A program made the translations under genes and the position numbers. Under the pieces are notes generated by a model. That model was not told the DNA's origin and did no database searches. It was given only the letters and a program-made list of their open reading frames with translations. Shown here in pieces: positions 30,118 through 38,011 of a DNA stretch of 64,000 nucleotides (its first letter is position 1; each line of letters starts with the position of its first letter). Source of the DNA: Escherichia phage T5_ev219; sequence record NC_134263.1. One strand, written 5' to 3'.

Positions 30118-30361
30118 TAGAGAGTACAGTACTGGTAGTTGGCAATACTACAGATGAAGCAACAGTGTTTAAATGCTTTCTCCAGTCTAGGTTAAATTGT
30201 TTTCGAAACTCTTCATAAGGTTCTTCTGGATAAAAGCTAAAACCTCCTTTCTCGTCATTCAGGATAACAGAGCCGTCAGTTTGTTCGTATGCTCGGTATG
30301 TTTCTCCAATAACAATAATTCGTTTATCGGTACTTTTATTACGAAACTCAAAAACGTGCAT
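30110..30361 (-). CDS. hypothetical protein
   Basis: 83-aa ORF. Confidence 0.45.
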   Translation of the reverse strand: MHVFEFRNKSTDKRIIVIGETYRAYEQTDGSVILNDEKGGFSFYPEEPYEEFRKQFNLDWRKHLNTVASSVVLPTTSTVLSNG

Positions 30362-30377
30362 AATGTTTCCTTAAAGT

Positions 30378-30453
30378 TGGAGCGGCTAGAGGGAATCGAA
30401 CCCTACTCAGCGAGGCTTGGAAGGCCTGCGACACAACCCGTGTGCTTAACCGC
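30378..30453 (-). tRNA. tRNA-Gly (TCC), tentative
   Basis: Manual cloverleaf; good acceptor and T arm; anticodon assignment depends on stem register. Confidence 0.55.
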
Positions 30454-30461
30454 TTATTATT

Positions 30462-30537
30462 TGGCTGGAGAAGGAGGAATCGAACCTACCATTAACGGAG
30501 TCAAAGGCCGTTGTGCTAACCGTTACACTACTCTCCA
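30462..30537 (-). tRNA. tRNA-Gln (TTG)
   Basis: Manual cloverleaf; U1-A72; loop CTTTGAC. Confidence 0.65.
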
Positions 30538-30543
30538 ATAATT

Positions 30544-30619
30544 TGGCTGGGATGCCACGGATCGAACGTGGAACCTTCGGAGTCAGAGGCCGACGATCTG
30601 CCAATTGATCTACATCCCA
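30544..30619 (-). tRNA. tRNA-Gln (CTG)
   Basis: Manual cloverleaf with fully paired arms; loop CTCTGAC. Confidence 0.7.
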
Positions 30620-30632
30620 ATAATTCTTTACT

Positions 30633-30827
30633 CTATGGAAATAGAGTAACTGGCTCAGGTTCTTCAAGGCGCTTACCTTCATGATCTACTCGAATGACTC
30701 CGCATCCTTCGCAAACCACAACTGCACCATAACCTTCTTTGACTTCGGCTTCTGTAATCAGACCAGATAAGTCACCAGTATCTCTGCCCCACATATCAAT
30801 GGAGCATTGTTTGCAGAAATCAGCCAT
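30633..30827 (-). CDS. small Cys-rich protein (zinc-ribbon-like)
   Basis: 64 aa; CKQC...CEGC. Confidence 0.5.
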   Translation of the reverse strand: MADFCKQCSIDMWGRDTGDLSGLITEAEVKEGYGAVVVCEGCGVIRVDHEGKRLEEPEPVTLFP

Positions 30828-30852
30828 AGTTTATTTCCTATTTAAGTTAATT

Positions 30853-30929
30853 TGGGGTGGCTAGTGGAATTCGAATCCACATAGGCCTGATTCACAATCA
30901 GGATCATTAACCAATTATGATATAGCCAC
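30853..30929 (-). tRNA. tRNA-His (GTG)
   Basis: Manual cloverleaf, perfect stems; loop TTGTGAA. Confidence 0.75.
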
Positions 30930-31297
30930 AATTGAAAACTCGCAGGGTTAGCGAAACCATCCTCAATTAGCATGTTCTAGAATACTAATCAAGTTATCTC
31001 CTATTGCACGCAGCTCAAGACGAGTACGAATTTTCAATTGTGGCGGCTCTCAGAAACTCTTCTATTCTAGCCTCAGAAGCTTACCCCCGAACGCATGTCG
31101 GGAAAGTCTTTCCAAGAGCATCAAATAGCACCGTTACACTTTGAGCCATTGATGTATCAAGGAATAGAAGGGCTTGAACCTTCATGAGTTAGACCATTTA
31201 ACTCAACCGCTTTTAAGGTATATTTCTAGGAGTGGATGTTCCTAGTAAACCTATTCGGCAGTCCCGTCTACCAATTCCGGCATATTCCAAGAATTTT

Positions 31298-31471
31298 TTA
31301 TAAACCGGCAGAAGCCTCATTTAAAGCATCAACAATAGCTTCACGCTGGGTCATTCCATACCCGGTGGAGTCTAGGTGAGGCAAATAGGCTGCCCATCCA
31401 TTATCTGTTTCATGAAGGTATGCTTTAAATTTTTTACCATCCTTCATTGTTACAGTAACTGTTTTGCTCAT
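31298..31471 (-). CDS. small protein, HicB-antitoxin-like fold candidate
   Basis: 57-aa ORF with AGGAAT RBS; resemblance weak. Confidence 0.35.
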   Translation of the reverse strand: MSKTVTVTMKDGKKFKAYLHETDNGWAAYLPHLDSTGYGMTQREAIVDALNEASAGL

Positions 31472-31491
31472 AAGGATTCCTTATAGTTAAT

Positions 31492-31581
31492 TGGAGGAAG
31501 GTAATGGAGTCGAACCATCACCGTATCACTACAGCGGGCTAGTTTTCAAGACTAGTTGCGTACCACTACGCCCTACCTTCC
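31492..31581 (-). tRNA. tRNA-Ser (TGA), class II
   Basis: 90 nt; perfect acceptor; loop CTTGAAA; long variable arm. Confidence 0.75.
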
Positions 31582-31588
31582 ATTTGTT

Positions 31589-31679
31589 TGGCGGAAGAGG
31601 AGAGATTTGAACTCTCAAGCCGTTTTACCAGTCAGCCACTTTCCAAGCGGTTTTCGTCGCCAATTCGATTTGCTCTTCC
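31589..31679 (-). tRNA. class II tRNA, probably Ser (GGA)
   Basis: 91 nt; perfect acceptor and T arm; anticodon stem partly paired. Confidence 0.55.
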
Positions 31680-31791
31680 AATAATAAGATGATGCCTCTA
31701 TCATACCAGGCAGTTACGCCTCGCTGGGATTCGAACCCATTAAAACAGCTCAACCGAGATAGTAGGTTTAATTTACTCTGACCATCAAATT

Positions 31792-31868
31792 TGGTGCGTG
31801 ACAAGGGATTCGAACCCTCAAAACCCGACTTCTAAGGACGGTATGTATGCCAATTCCATCAATCACGC
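31792..31868 (-). tRNA. tRNA with TAG anticodon (Leu codon CUA) but short variable loop
   Basis: 77 nt; good acceptor, D, anticodon and T arms; 5-nt variable region. Confidence 0.55.
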
Positions 31869-31873
31869 GTATT

Positions 31874-31952
31874 TGGTGGAGGATAACGAATTCGAATCGT
31901 TCTGATGTCCTCGGTGCAAGCGAGGTGTCCACTCCCAGCAGACCCATCCCCC
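31874..31952 (-). tRNA. tRNA-Ala (TGC)
   Basis: Perfect anticodon stem; loop CTTGCAC. Confidence 0.7.
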
Positions 31953-32238
31953 AAATTCTTTAGTTTACTAAGGCTATTAGCTCGGCGTAACTACAGCACC
32001 TTCGCTTCGAGCGGAAGGAACTGCGTCATCTCGCAAACCCAATACACTATTCAGTTGCCGCTGAATCTAGTGGACTAATCTAGAACTTCTCCCAAATCGT
32101 AGGAATCGTGCTTTTTGGCAGCCAGTCCTAGGTCGAGCTAATACCTTAGTGAACTATGATGAGGATTTCTCCCCATCAATTTATATAAATATTATAACAA
32201 GAAATTAAGCATTAAGCAACTGCGTTTTTTCTTGAAAT

Positions 32239-32317
32239 TGGTAGATCGCCTGGGACTCGAACCCAGAACCTTCCGATTAAAAGTCGGATGCTACTAAACC
32301 TATTGAGCTAGCGACCT
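32239..32317 (-). tRNA. tRNA-Lys (TTT)
   Basis: Perfect anticodon stem; loop CTTTTAA. Confidence 0.7.
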
Positions 32318-32318
32318 A

Positions 32319-32486
32319 TTAGTAACCATTATATACTTCTTTAATAGAGTGGACTTTTAAATAGGGATGATTAGTATTAAACTCTACCATTACTTCATCC
32401 CAATTTTTACCATAATGGGCAAGTAAGGATTTTGATGTATTCTTACCTAAACGTTTGTCACTTACTACTAATCGAAATACTTTCAT
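32319..32486 (-). CDS. small hypothetical protein
   Basis: 55-aa ORF with GAGGAT RBS. Confidence 0.4.
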   Translation of the reverse strand: MKVFRLVVSDKRLGKNTSKSLLAHYGKNWDEVMVEFNTNHPYLKVHSIKEVYNGY

Positions 32487-32506
32487 TTCGAAATCCTCTA
32501 TTAAAA

Positions 32507-32584
32507 TGGAAGCGGGTGCAGGAATCGAACCTACCTCTTTCTAGCTTATGAGACTAGTGATCTCTACCAGAGATCTAACCCGCA
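32507..32584 (-). tRNA. tRNA with CAT anticodon, unpaired 1:72 (initiator-like)
   Basis: Loop CTCATAA; D stem GATC/GATC; U1-U72 mismatch. Confidence 0.6.
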
Positions 32585-32590
32585 ATTGTT

Positions 32591-32669
32591 TGGTCTCCGT
32601 GGGAGGATTTGAACCCCCGACCCTATCGCCCCAAACGAAACGCTCTGACCAAACTGAGCTACACGGAGA
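32591..32669 (-). tRNA. tRNA-Pro (TGG)
   Basis: Perfect acceptor; loop TTTGGGG. Confidence 0.65.
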
Positions 32670-32672
32670 ATA

Positions 32673-32831
32673 TTATTTCTTCAACCACAACAAAGATAAG
32701 CCCAGCATACTAAAGCCGCTAACTAATCCGATACCTTTTTCTTCTATAGTAAAAGTATCTAGATTAAATGCTGTTATAGCTATTGGCATACACCATAATG
32801 CCATAAAAACTTGAGCTATCTTGTGTTTCAT
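32673..32831 (-). CDS. small hydrophobic protein
   Basis: 52-aa ORF with GGAAGG RBS behind a family promoter. Confidence 0.4.
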   Translation of the reverse strand: MKHKIAQVFMALWCMPIAITAFNLDTFTIEEKGIGLVSGFSMLGLSLLWLKK

Positions 32832-33042
32832 TTTGCTTTCCTTCCCTTCACTTTATAAGATATATTATACAGAGAATTAAGCAGAATAGCAAATGAATTT
32901 TTAATAAATTTACTTATTGTGTAGGCCACCTGGAGGCTATGAACCCCACGGCTGACAAAGAAGTTTGCGAGACCTCTCTTAAATGCCAGAATAGACCCGC
33001 CGATCTATCGGAACCTACATAATAAGTAAACTTTATAGTGTC

Positions 33043-33162
33043 ATTCTAGACAGGATTCGAACCTGTTATCACTTGTGCGGACTTACGAGAACCATTCTTT
33101 CACTCGAATCGAACGAGCTTCTGCCCTCGCCAAGTTGGTTTCCCCATCAACCACGCTAGAAT
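33043..33162 (-). other. 120-nt tRNA-like structured element (two T-arm-like hairpins inside a 7-bp closing stem)
   Basis: CTAGAAT/ATTCTAG pair at the ends; internal GGTTCGAATCC-like and TTCGATT hairpins. Confidence 0.3.
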
Positions 33163-33284
33163 GTTTGATTGTTTTCAGTGCAAGAGTCCGAGTCTTGGAC
33201 ACGACCGCTTCGCAAGTACATAGGCAGCTTATCATGAGTCAGCACTTCCGAATTGCTAGCTCCGTGTTCTGCACTGAAATTTTA

Positions 33285-33641
33285 TTAGTTTAACCGTAAA
33301 GTATTATCTACTTCACCATTAATTGTTCGGCATTCCTCTGGGATTGCCGGGGTGGCCTTGTATTCCCACCACTCAGCACCATCATATTCCCCACGTTCTA
33401 GCCAAGTTCCATCGGCAAACCATACATTACCATAAAGTAATTGTCCACCGTATCCAGAATCATATTCAAAGTCTAGGTTATTAAGAAAATCCTCAATATC
33501 TTCTTCTGCATAACCTAAAGGTAATACCCAAACTTTTTTATCCCCATAATACCCGAATTCTATTTTAATACACTTAACTTCAGAATTAGTATTTTTTAAG
33601 GCAAGTAACAGCTCTTCTTTAGCATTACGCATATTACGCAT
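33285..33641 (-). CDS. hypothetical protein
   Basis: Track ORF 33285..33728 trimmed to Met30 because the N-terminal extension runs into tRNA-Asp. Confidence 0.5.
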   Translation of the reverse strand: MRNMRNAKEELLLALKNTNSEVKCIKIEFGYYGDKKVWVLPLGYAEEDIEDFLNNLDFEYDSGYGGQLLYGNVWFADGTWLERGEYDGAEWWEYKATPAIPEECRTINGEVDNTLRLN

Positions 33642-33666
33642 AATATATTCCCATACTGGATTAATT

Positions 33667-33743
33667 TGGCGCGACCGATGGGATTTGAACCCACATTCTC
33701 TCCCGTGACAGGGGAGTACCATTACCAAGCCAGCCCCGGTCGC
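33667..33743 (-). tRNA. tRNA-Asp (GTC)
   Basis: Perfect acceptor; loop CTGTCAC. Confidence 0.75.
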
Positions 33744-33752
33744 ATAATTTAT

Positions 33753-33938
33753 TTACTCAGCTTTGAGTTTTTCAATAGCTGCATTAAGTTCTTTAAGAAA
33801 CTCTTTTCGTACATTAAGACGATTGAGACTTACTAGTATATCATGTTTAAGTTCTTCGATGTATTTCTTTTCAACTTCAATATTGTTGATAGTGCTATCA
33901 CGATGAACTTCTAACTGTGCAATTACATTCTTGGACAT
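33753..33938 (-). CDS. hypothetical coiled-coil protein
   Basis: 61-aa ORF. Confidence 0.4.
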   Translation of the reverse strand: MSKNVIAQLEVHRDSTINNIEVEKKYIEELKHDILVSLNRLNVRKEFLKELNAAIEKLKAE

Positions 33939-34040
33939 GCTTGTTTCCTCAGTTATTAATGAAAATGGTATCTGTGGCTGAATTCGATGTCAGCAATGAT
34001 AGCTGGTTGGCTACCGGTTTACTTAACTCTACACAGAATT

Positions 34041-34118
34041 TGGCGGTTCCTGCTGGATTCGAACCAGCAACCCTCAACTTAACAAGATGCCGCTCTAACC
34101 AATTAGAGCTAAGGAACC
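34041..34118 (-). tRNA. tRNA-Asn (GTT), tentative
   Basis: Perfect acceptor, D and T arms; weak anticodon stem; loop TTGTTAA. Confidence 0.55.
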
Positions 34119-34613
34119 ATATAAGTCAGAACTAGAGTTAATACGTTCTAGATATTTACTAAGATCCCTAGAATTTATACTAAACCACTCATGTTCTTTT
34201 AAATCTTTGAAATACTGGTGAATTAGTTTTTCACCTTTTCGTTTGTCAAACCAAAAAGACCAATGCTCTAACTTATAATCCCTATAAGGGGAATAAGTCT
34301 GATATTGAGCTAATCTCTCTTTTGGATTTTGACTCATACCTATTTTATACTGATTTTTCCATGCAGGATTACTAATACAGTATACAAAACCTTCAGAAAT
34401 AGGAAGTTTATTTTCCTGCTTAAACTTTATAAAGGAAAGTGCAGCAAGTTTTCTCGAATACATAGTATTTGTATTCTTTTTGGTATTACCATTGGTTCCT
34501 GAAAGATTTATATATTCTTCCATAAATCTCTGGATTAGTTCTGCGGTTATATAGAAGGGCTCATTAGTAACAACGCCTTTCTTTACCAAACTATCAAAAA
34601 CTTTTGTATGCAC
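34095..34613 (-). CDS. GIY-YIG-like domain protein
   Basis: 172 aa; GFVYCISNP...YKIGMSQNP..R pattern; last 7 codons and stop overlap the 5' end of tRNA-Asn. Confidence 0.55.
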   Translation of the reverse strand: MHTKVFDSLVKKGVVTNEPFYITAELIQRFMEEYINLSGTNGNTKKNTNTMYSRKLAALSFIKFKQENKLPISEGFVYCISNPAWKNQYKIGMSQNPKERLAQYQTYSPYRDYKLEHWSFWFDKRKGEKLIHQYFKDLKEHEWFSINSRDLSKYLERINSSSDLYGSLALIG

Positions 34614-34633
34614 TACTTCTTTCCTTTAGTAAT

Positions 34634-34709
34634 TTGGACGACCGCATGAGATTTGAACTCACATAAAAAGGATTTGCAATCCTTCGCCTAAGCCATTCAG
34701 CCAACGGTC
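34634..34709 (-). tRNA. tRNA-Cys (GCA)
   Basis: Loop TGCAAAT. Confidence 0.65.
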
Positions 34710-34897
34710 GATTTATCTTGTTTTTCGAGATCTTCAAATTCTAAATCATTGAAGTTCCCTAGAGTACGGGAGTAGAACCCGTCTCCTGCGTCATAGCCTG
34801 ATTTGCCACAATCACACATTTTAAATTCACGAAGATGTGTGAAAATATGCTCAGAACCACAACACTTAAATCTAACTAATCGTTTCATTAGTTTCAT
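34697..34897 (-). CDS. small zinc-ribbon-like protein
   Basis: 66 aa; CCGSEH...CDCG; 3' end overlaps tRNA-Cys 5' end. Confidence 0.45.
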   Translation of the reverse strand: MKLMKRLVRFKCCGSEHIFTHLREFKMCDCGKSGYDAGDGFYSRTLGNFNDLEFEDLEKQDKSTVG

Positions 34898-34946
34898 TAG
34901 CTTCTCCAGTTCAATTTATATAATTATTATATAGAACTTTTGGAAA

Positions 34947-35231
34947 CTAAGCAACTACATTTTTTAAGAATTTGATGTCTTTCTTCTTCTTATATTTCCA
35001 CGTTAATGGATTCTGTCGATTGTGAACGCTTGAGATCTTCGTCTCGTCAAAGTTCTTCAATATCATGTAATCACAAGATAATTGTTCTAATGGAATGTGA
35101 TCACCGTCAAAAGCATATACATAAGGCTGTTGACTAGCACGATAATGATAGACTTTGTTAATTCTACGTTTCAGCGACTTATCAGCGCAGTAAATAAAGA
35201 AGTTTTCAGGATGCATCAGCATCTCCTTCAA
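34947..35231 (-). CDS. hypothetical protein
   Basis: 94-aa ORF. Confidence 0.45.
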   Translation of the reverse strand: MKEMLMHPENFFIYCADKSLKRRINKVYHYRASQQPYVYAFDGDHIPLEQLSCDYMILKNFDETKISSVHNRQNPLTWKYKKKKDIKFLKNVVA

Positions 35232-35233
35232 TT

Positions 35234-35308
35234 TGGTGCACCCTGTTCGTATCGAACGAACCTCTCAAGCTCTTCAGGCAAGCGCTAATCCATCTCAGCT
35301 AAAGGTGC
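35234..35308 (-). tRNA. tRNA-Phe (GAA), tentative
   Basis: Good acceptor and T arm; loop CTGAAGA; partial anticodon stem. Confidence 0.55.
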
Positions 35309-35315
35309 AAATTTT

Positions 35316-35391
35316 GGCAAACCTACTAGGACTCGAACCTAGACCGTACGGTTTTGGAGACCGACATGCTGTCCAGTAACACTCTAGGAAT
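35316..35391 (-). tRNA. tRNA-like, Trp (CCA) anticodon arm but unpaired acceptor stem (possible pseudogene)
   Basis: Good D, anticodon and T arms and 3' CCA; 5' and 3' acceptor strands not complementary. Confidence 0.35.
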
Positions 35392-35399
35392 GCAGAAAT

Positions 35400-35476
35400 T
35401 GGCGTCCTGTGCGGGGATCGAACCCGCAAATCCTACCTTGAAAGGGTAGTGACTTTACCAGTTTGTCTAACAGGAC
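35400..35476 (-). tRNA. tRNA-Glu (TTC)
   Basis: Perfect acceptor and anticodon stems; loop CTTTCAA. Confidence 0.7.
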
Positions 35477-35483
35477 TTAAATT

Positions 35484-35574
35484 TGGTGTTGGATGATGGA
35501 GTCGAACCACCCGAGACCCTTCCGAGTCGGCAGATTTACAGTCTGCTTCGCTACCTCTACGATACTAATCCAAC
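35484..35574 (-). tRNA. tRNA-Tyr (GTA), class II
   Basis: 91 nt; perfect acceptor; anticodon stem GCAGA/TCTGC; loop CTGTAAA. Confidence 0.7.
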
Positions 35575-35702
35575 ATATTTAAAAGTATTCAAATACTAGT
35601 TTAAACACTTTTAAATATGTTTCCGAATTAGATAACTATTATACCAAGTTTTAAGGCACTGAGCAAGTCAAATTTTAAAGAACTTGCTCAGTGCTGTATT
35701 AG

Positions 35703-35978
35703 TTAGTCGAACTTAGGAGTGACAGTTAAGGAGAACGGAAGTTCGAAAACTTCTTCGCCCTCATTACTAACGGTAACTACACGACCTTTAAGTTCAGACA
35801 TTAAAATATCAATATCAGCTTTTGCATCTGGAGCCATGCCAGCTTCAATACATTTAGCTTTAACTTCCGGTAAAAGCTCTACGTTATAGAGATAGAGCCA
35901 CTCAATCTCACCTTCCCAGTCTTCCCAGGATTTGCAGATTGCACTTTCAATACCAGTTGCTACAACACGATTTTGCAT
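35703..35978 (-). CDS. hypothetical protein
   Basis: 91-aa ORF behind a family promoter. Confidence 0.5.
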   Translation of the reverse strand: MQNRVVATGIESAICKSWEDWEGEIEWLYLYNVELLPEVKAKCIEAGMAPDAKADIDILMSELKGRVVTVSNEGEEVFELPFSLTVTPKFD

Positions 35979-36068
35979 TAATTAACTCCTTCATCAATTT
36001 ATATAACTATTATACCAGAAATTTAAAGTAAAAGGCAAGTACATTTTTAAAAATTCTGTTTGGAGGAG

Positions 36069-36275
36069 CTAAACTCCAGATTTTTCGGCCAAGTCTAGAC
36101 TAATAAGAGTTATAGCCATAATTGCTGCACCGTGTTCTTTTTCTCCGGTGTTTTTAGCAGAGTCTATAATATCCTTAATCTGTTCGTAATAACTTTTTAC
36201 TTCTTGTTCAATGCCTGCCTCGGCTATCATGCCTTTAGCCATGAATCGTTGCATGGTAATTTCAGGATTAGCCAT
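36069..36275 (-). CDS. hypothetical protein
   Basis: 68-aa ORF. Confidence 0.45.
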   Translation of the reverse strand: MANPEITMQRFMAKGMIAEAGIEQEVKSYYEQIKDIIDSAKNTGEKEHGAAIMAITLISLDLAEKSGV

Positions 36276-36450
36276 GTTGTTTCTCCAGTTTCATTTTTAA
36301 TAGTTTACAGATGAAATCAACGTCTTCATCTGTGCCTAAGTCTCTATCCTCAAGGGTCGCCTTGAAGTTTTTCGTCAATTCCATGAGGATGATTTCCCTA
36401 GAACGACGTGTTGGCGGAGGTGGATGTCTATACATCTTATTTCCTTAATT

Positions 36451-36527
36451 TGGTAGGGGTGGTGGGATTCGAACCCACAAAACCTGAATTTTAAGTCCAG
36501 TACCTATGCCAATTCGATTACACCCCC
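36451..36527 (-). tRNA. tRNA with TAA anticodon (Leu codon UUA) but short variable loop
   Basis: 77 nt; good acceptor, anticodon and T arms; D-loop AATTGGCATA shared with 31792..31868. Confidence 0.55.
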
Positions 36528-36628
36528 GTGTAATCAGTTTATTAGTTGATACATATTATAGCCTAAAGAAAACCCTACTACTAATCCTACTAACCAACCA
36601 ATATAATAATCTTTTAATTTCACGGGTG

Positions 36629-36814
36629 TCAACCTCGTTCAATATCTAGAGAAATACCACAGGTAGGATTAATGCCTGTGCCTTTGCACGTCGGACAAAC
36701 CCAGATATTACAGAATGTATCCCCTGCTTCTGCATCAGAACTTTCTCCAACTCCTAGACAGTCAGGACAGGCACATTCTTCTAGCTCTTGCTTGAGTTCT
36801 TGAAACTTAGACAT
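36629..36814 (-). CDS. small zinc-ribbon protein
   Basis: 61 aa; CACPDC...CPTCKG. Confidence 0.5.
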   Translation of the reverse strand: MSKFQELKQELEECACPDCLGVGESSDAEAGDTFCNIWVCPTCKGTGINPTCGISLDIERG

Positions 36815-36823
36815 ATAGTTTCC

Positions 36824-37012
36824 TTATTCAATTACTTTTGAGGCTTCAAGGGAGTCGATATAGTGTACGTTTTCTACCATAATCATATAATCTGCCACTT
36901 TATCCATAGCCTGAGCTTCAGAGGTAGCCCTGGCTAACCTATATCCTTTTTTATATTCATCCGGGTATTCCCTATCTGGAATAAACACAACATAAACTAG
37001 GTATAGTTCCAC
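36824..37012 (-). CDS. hypothetical protein
   Basis: 62-aa ORF. Confidence 0.4.
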   Translation of the reverse strand: MELYLVYVVFIPDREYPDEYKKGYRLARATSEAQAMDKVADYMIMVENVHYIDSLEASKVIE

Positions 37013-37033
37013 TTGTAACCCCTCTAATTAAAC

Positions 37034-37111
37034 TGGTGGCTCCCCGAGGATTCGAACCTACGTACCTTCCGGTTATGAGCCGGGTGCTCATACCATATGA
37101 GCTTGAGAACC
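37034..37111 (-). tRNA. tRNA with CAT anticodon, E. coli fMet-like anticodon arm
   Basis: Anticodon arm CCGG-CTCATAA-CCGG; D stem GCTC/GAGC; weak T stem. Confidence 0.5.
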
Positions 37112-37117
37112 AGAATT

Positions 37118-37206
37118 TGGCGGAAGAAGTGGGAATCGAACCCACAAGGCTATATTTCAAACCGACAGATTAGCAATCTGCTGCAATACCGTTATGCTAT
37201 TCTTCC
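37118..37206 (-). tRNA. tRNA-Ser (GCT), class II
   Basis: 89 nt; perfect acceptor; loop TTGCTAA. Confidence 0.65.
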
Positions 37207-37310
37207 GAATTTATAAGATATATTATATTAGAAATTTAGCTTCATAGCAAGAAAATTTTTCAAGTTTTCGGTAGACATCTCATCCACATCTACAGGAGAA
37301 ACAAATCCAT

Positions 37311-37745
37311 TTAATTGTCTAGCAAATTTTCACCAGCAGGATCATTATCCCCAACAGCTACCAATTTAAAAGGTAATAATTTCAGTTGCTTTAATAACGC
37401 TTTTCCTGGAGAAGAACCCAACATTGCTAGGGCTGGATAACCAGCGTTATGTAACGCAACTGCCTTAAATACAGATTCAGCGATCAATACTACTTTTTCA
37501 TCTCCATTGAGAGTTTCTAGTCCCCATACACACTGGGTAGTAGAATAAGTAAAATATTTAGCTTCAAAGGGACACTTACCATGACCTTTTGGAGCAGAAG
37601 GATTATAAGTTTGATAGCCCCTCAACATCCCAGAGAAGTCATACAACGGGACTGTTAGCCATCCTTCCGGACTTAACCAGCAATGATATTTTTCTGTATC
37701 AAATCCTCTAGATAAGAGGTGCTGTGTTAGCTCATCAACATTCAT
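37311..37745 (-). CDS. Toprim-domain protein (primase-like C-terminal fragment)
   Basis: Track ORF trimmed to Met18 because Met1 lies inside the promoter; LIAESV...ALHNAG...AMLGSS...VGDNDPAG resembles DnaG Toprim motifs. Confidence 0.45.
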   Translation of the reverse strand: MNVDELTQHLLSRGFDTEKYHCWLSPEGWLTVPLYDFSGMLRGYQTYNPSAPKGHGKCPFEAKYFTYSTTQCVWGLETLNGDEKVVLIAESVFKAVALHNAGYPALAMLGSSPGKALLKQLKLLPFKLVAVGDNDPAGENLLDN

Positions 37746-37920
37746 ATCTGGTTCCTCTCTCAAATTTATAGATATATTATACAGAGAATTTAGCATTCAA
37801 GCAATCAAATTTTTTAACTTTTTAGAGGAAAATCATAGGGCACTTAAGGGCAGCAGATAAGTGGTGAGGACCAAAATTTGTGACCCCACTAAAAATCCGG
37901 GGGCAATTTTTAAAGACCCT

Positions 37921-37949
37921 TTGACATTTTCGCCGGGGTAGTGTAAAGT
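37921..37949 (+). promoter_or_regulatory. sigma70-like promoter for the plus-strand cassette
   Basis: TTGACA, 17-bp spacer, TAAAGT. Confidence 0.45.
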
Positions 37950-38011
37950 ATATGTTATGGATGAGTGATCAAAGAGACACACATTTTCTATATACTAGGA
38001 GGTGTCAAAAA

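Noticed and set aside
30197-30541. 114-aa plus-strand ORF
   Set aside because: Lies entirely across three minus-strand tRNA genes (Gly, Gln, Gln); its sequence is the antisense of tRNAs.
31700-31790. tRNA gene suggested by a GGGTTCGAATCCC T-arm-like motif
   Set aside because: No complementary 5' acceptor strand and no CCA; could not be folded into a cloverleaf. Left as a possible tRNA fragment within the unassigned structured region.
33642-33728. N-terminal extension of ORF 33285..33728
   Set aside because: The extension is encoded by tRNA-Asp (33667-33743) sequence; translation most likely starts at the internal Met at 33641.
37952-38011. N-terminal 20 codons of the 346-aa track ORF (MLWMSDQRDTHF...)
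   Set aside because: No RBS and it overlaps the -10 region of the promoter; a strong AGGAGG RBS precedes the internal Met at 38012, so the gene was trimmed.
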